Assembly (NCBI GenBank): GCA_035508495.1
Contig: DATJMX010000030.1
Span: 33,894 to 97,893 of the forward strand
From: Candidatus Binataceae bacterium
GTDB lineage: Bacteria > Desulfobacterota > Binatia > Binatales > Binataceae
DNA length: 64,000 nucleotides
Direction of reading: 5' to 3'
The notes beneath the pieces are model-generated. The model saw only the letters and a program-made list of their open reading frames with translations. It was not told where the DNA came from and did no database searches. Position numbers and translations under genes: made by a program. Of the stretch, positions 63,051 to 64,000 are shown piece after piece (position 1 is the first letter of the stretch; every line of letters starts with the position of its first letter).

Positions 63051-64000
63051 CTACGGCGCGCGACGCGCCTCTCGATCTCCCACGCCTATATAGTCAAATG
63101 CCAGCCAGCCGCGCAGCGGATCTACGCGGCTTACCTGCACGAGGATCTCCGCCTGGTTCGATAGCGATGGAGCGTTGTGCAGTGTGCCGCGGACTGCGTA
63201 GTCAATTAGCTCGGCGCTGGCGCCATCGCGCGTGGCCCAGGCCTTGAGCGGCACTCCGATGCTGTTTTCTTCGAGATAGCGCAGCGTCCAGTAGCGTTTT
63301 GCGCGGCGCTCAAGTTCGCGGAATGAATCCTCGGCGCTCTCGGCGCCTGCGAGCACCGCCAGCAATTCGTCGGCGTTGTATGGCGCCGGCTCGCCCGCCA
63401 GCGCGGCCAGGATTTGGCGCTGCAGCACCAGGTCGGCGTAGCGCCGAATCGGCGAGCTGAGCTGGGCGTAGTAATCGAGTCCGATTCCCGCGTGATATTC
63501 GGGATAGAGCGATAGCCGCGGCCGCTGCATCGCATAGTCGAGCCCGGTTTGCGGCTGGACGCGGTAAATGATCGGGATGCGATTCTCTGCCGCATAGCGG
63601 GCCGCGACGAAATTGCTAAGCACCATGAACTCCGCGACCAGCACGCGCGCGGGCGATCCGGAGTCGAGGATCTGAATTTCGATCTCGCGCCCGTTGCGAA
63701 CGCGAATCTTGGACTCGCGCCGCTGCGTGAGCATCGCTCCCGCGCGCCGCCGAATCTCCCGCATCTGCATCGCCATGCTGAACAGGCGCCGCACGGCGCC
63801 AGCCGCGTTCGAGTTCTCACCCTCGTTGGCGAGCATCGCATTGGCGCGGTCGTAGTCGACACGCTCGACGATCGGAATCGTTGCCGGATAGATCGACGAT
63901 TTCAGCAGTTCGCCTTCAGGCGAAAGCGTCACGTCGGTCGTCAGCACCGGCCGCTCCCGCCCCGCGAGCAGACTGGCAGTGTCGCAGCCGAGGACGTCGG
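63051..64000 (-). CDS. RNB-domain 3'-5' exoribonuclease (RNase R / RNase II family), C-terminal part; gene continues beyond the window end
   Basis: Minus-strand ORF open to position 64000. RNB signature SSPIRRYADLVLQRQ and a downstream S1-like tail. Confidence 0.75.
   Translation of the reverse strand, partial: DVLGCDTASLLAGRERPVLTTDVTLSPEGELLKSSIYPATIPIVERVDYDRANAMLANEGENSNAAGAVRRLFSMAMQMREIRRRAGAMLTQRRESKIRVRNGREIEIQILDSGSPARVLVAEFMVLSNFVAARYAAENRIPIIYRVQPQTGLDYAMQRPRLSLYPEYHAGIGLDYYAQLSSPIRRYADLVLQRQILAALAGEPAPYNADELLAVLAGAESAEDSFRELERRAKRYWTLRYLEENSIGVPLKAWATRDGASAELIDYAVRGTLHNAPSLSNQAEILVQVSRVDPLRGWLAFDYIGVGDREARRAP

Overview
This is a GC-rich bacterial chromosomal window with about 60 protein-coding genes and no rRNA, tRNA or CRISPR array that I can see. 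I called genes by reading translated motifs, with no database searches run.

Housekeeping blocks:
- queA-tgt-yajC-secD, with no secF downstream.
- rnhB, a truncated pyruvate-dehydrogenase E1-alpha-like ORF, then lpdA-lipB-lipA.
- A complete mla operon (mlaE-mlaF-mlaD-mlaC-mlaA) carrying a tandem mlaD duplication.
- rplU-rpmA, obg-proB-proA-nadD-rsfS and efp.

Accessory content:
- A partial homoprotocatechuate-type (hpa-like) aromatic meta-cleavage cluster: an aldehyde dehydrogenase, an HpaD-like extradiol dioxygenase, a DapA-family lyase and an HpaB-family monooxygenase, split by a hicAB toxin-antitoxin pair.
- Two further toxin-antitoxin pairs: mazEF, and phd-vapC with a frameshifted vapC.
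- Three coenzyme-F420-related genes: cofC and two luciferase-like F420-dependent oxidoreductases, one inserted between rpmA and obg.
- A CoA-dependent catabolic operon bracketed by two desulforedoxin-like small ORFs of 39 and 47 aa that the 60-aa ORF track misses. The second sits next to a putative di-iron ferritin-like protein.
- A fused 3'-5' exonuclease / GIY-YIG nuclease.

The most striking sequence-level signal is at least six families of short dispersed palindromic, MITE-like repeats in intergenic regions. One is a complete 238-bp element with about 33-bp terminal inverted repeats upstream of obg. Several of these repeats create spurious N- or C-terminal ORF extensions.
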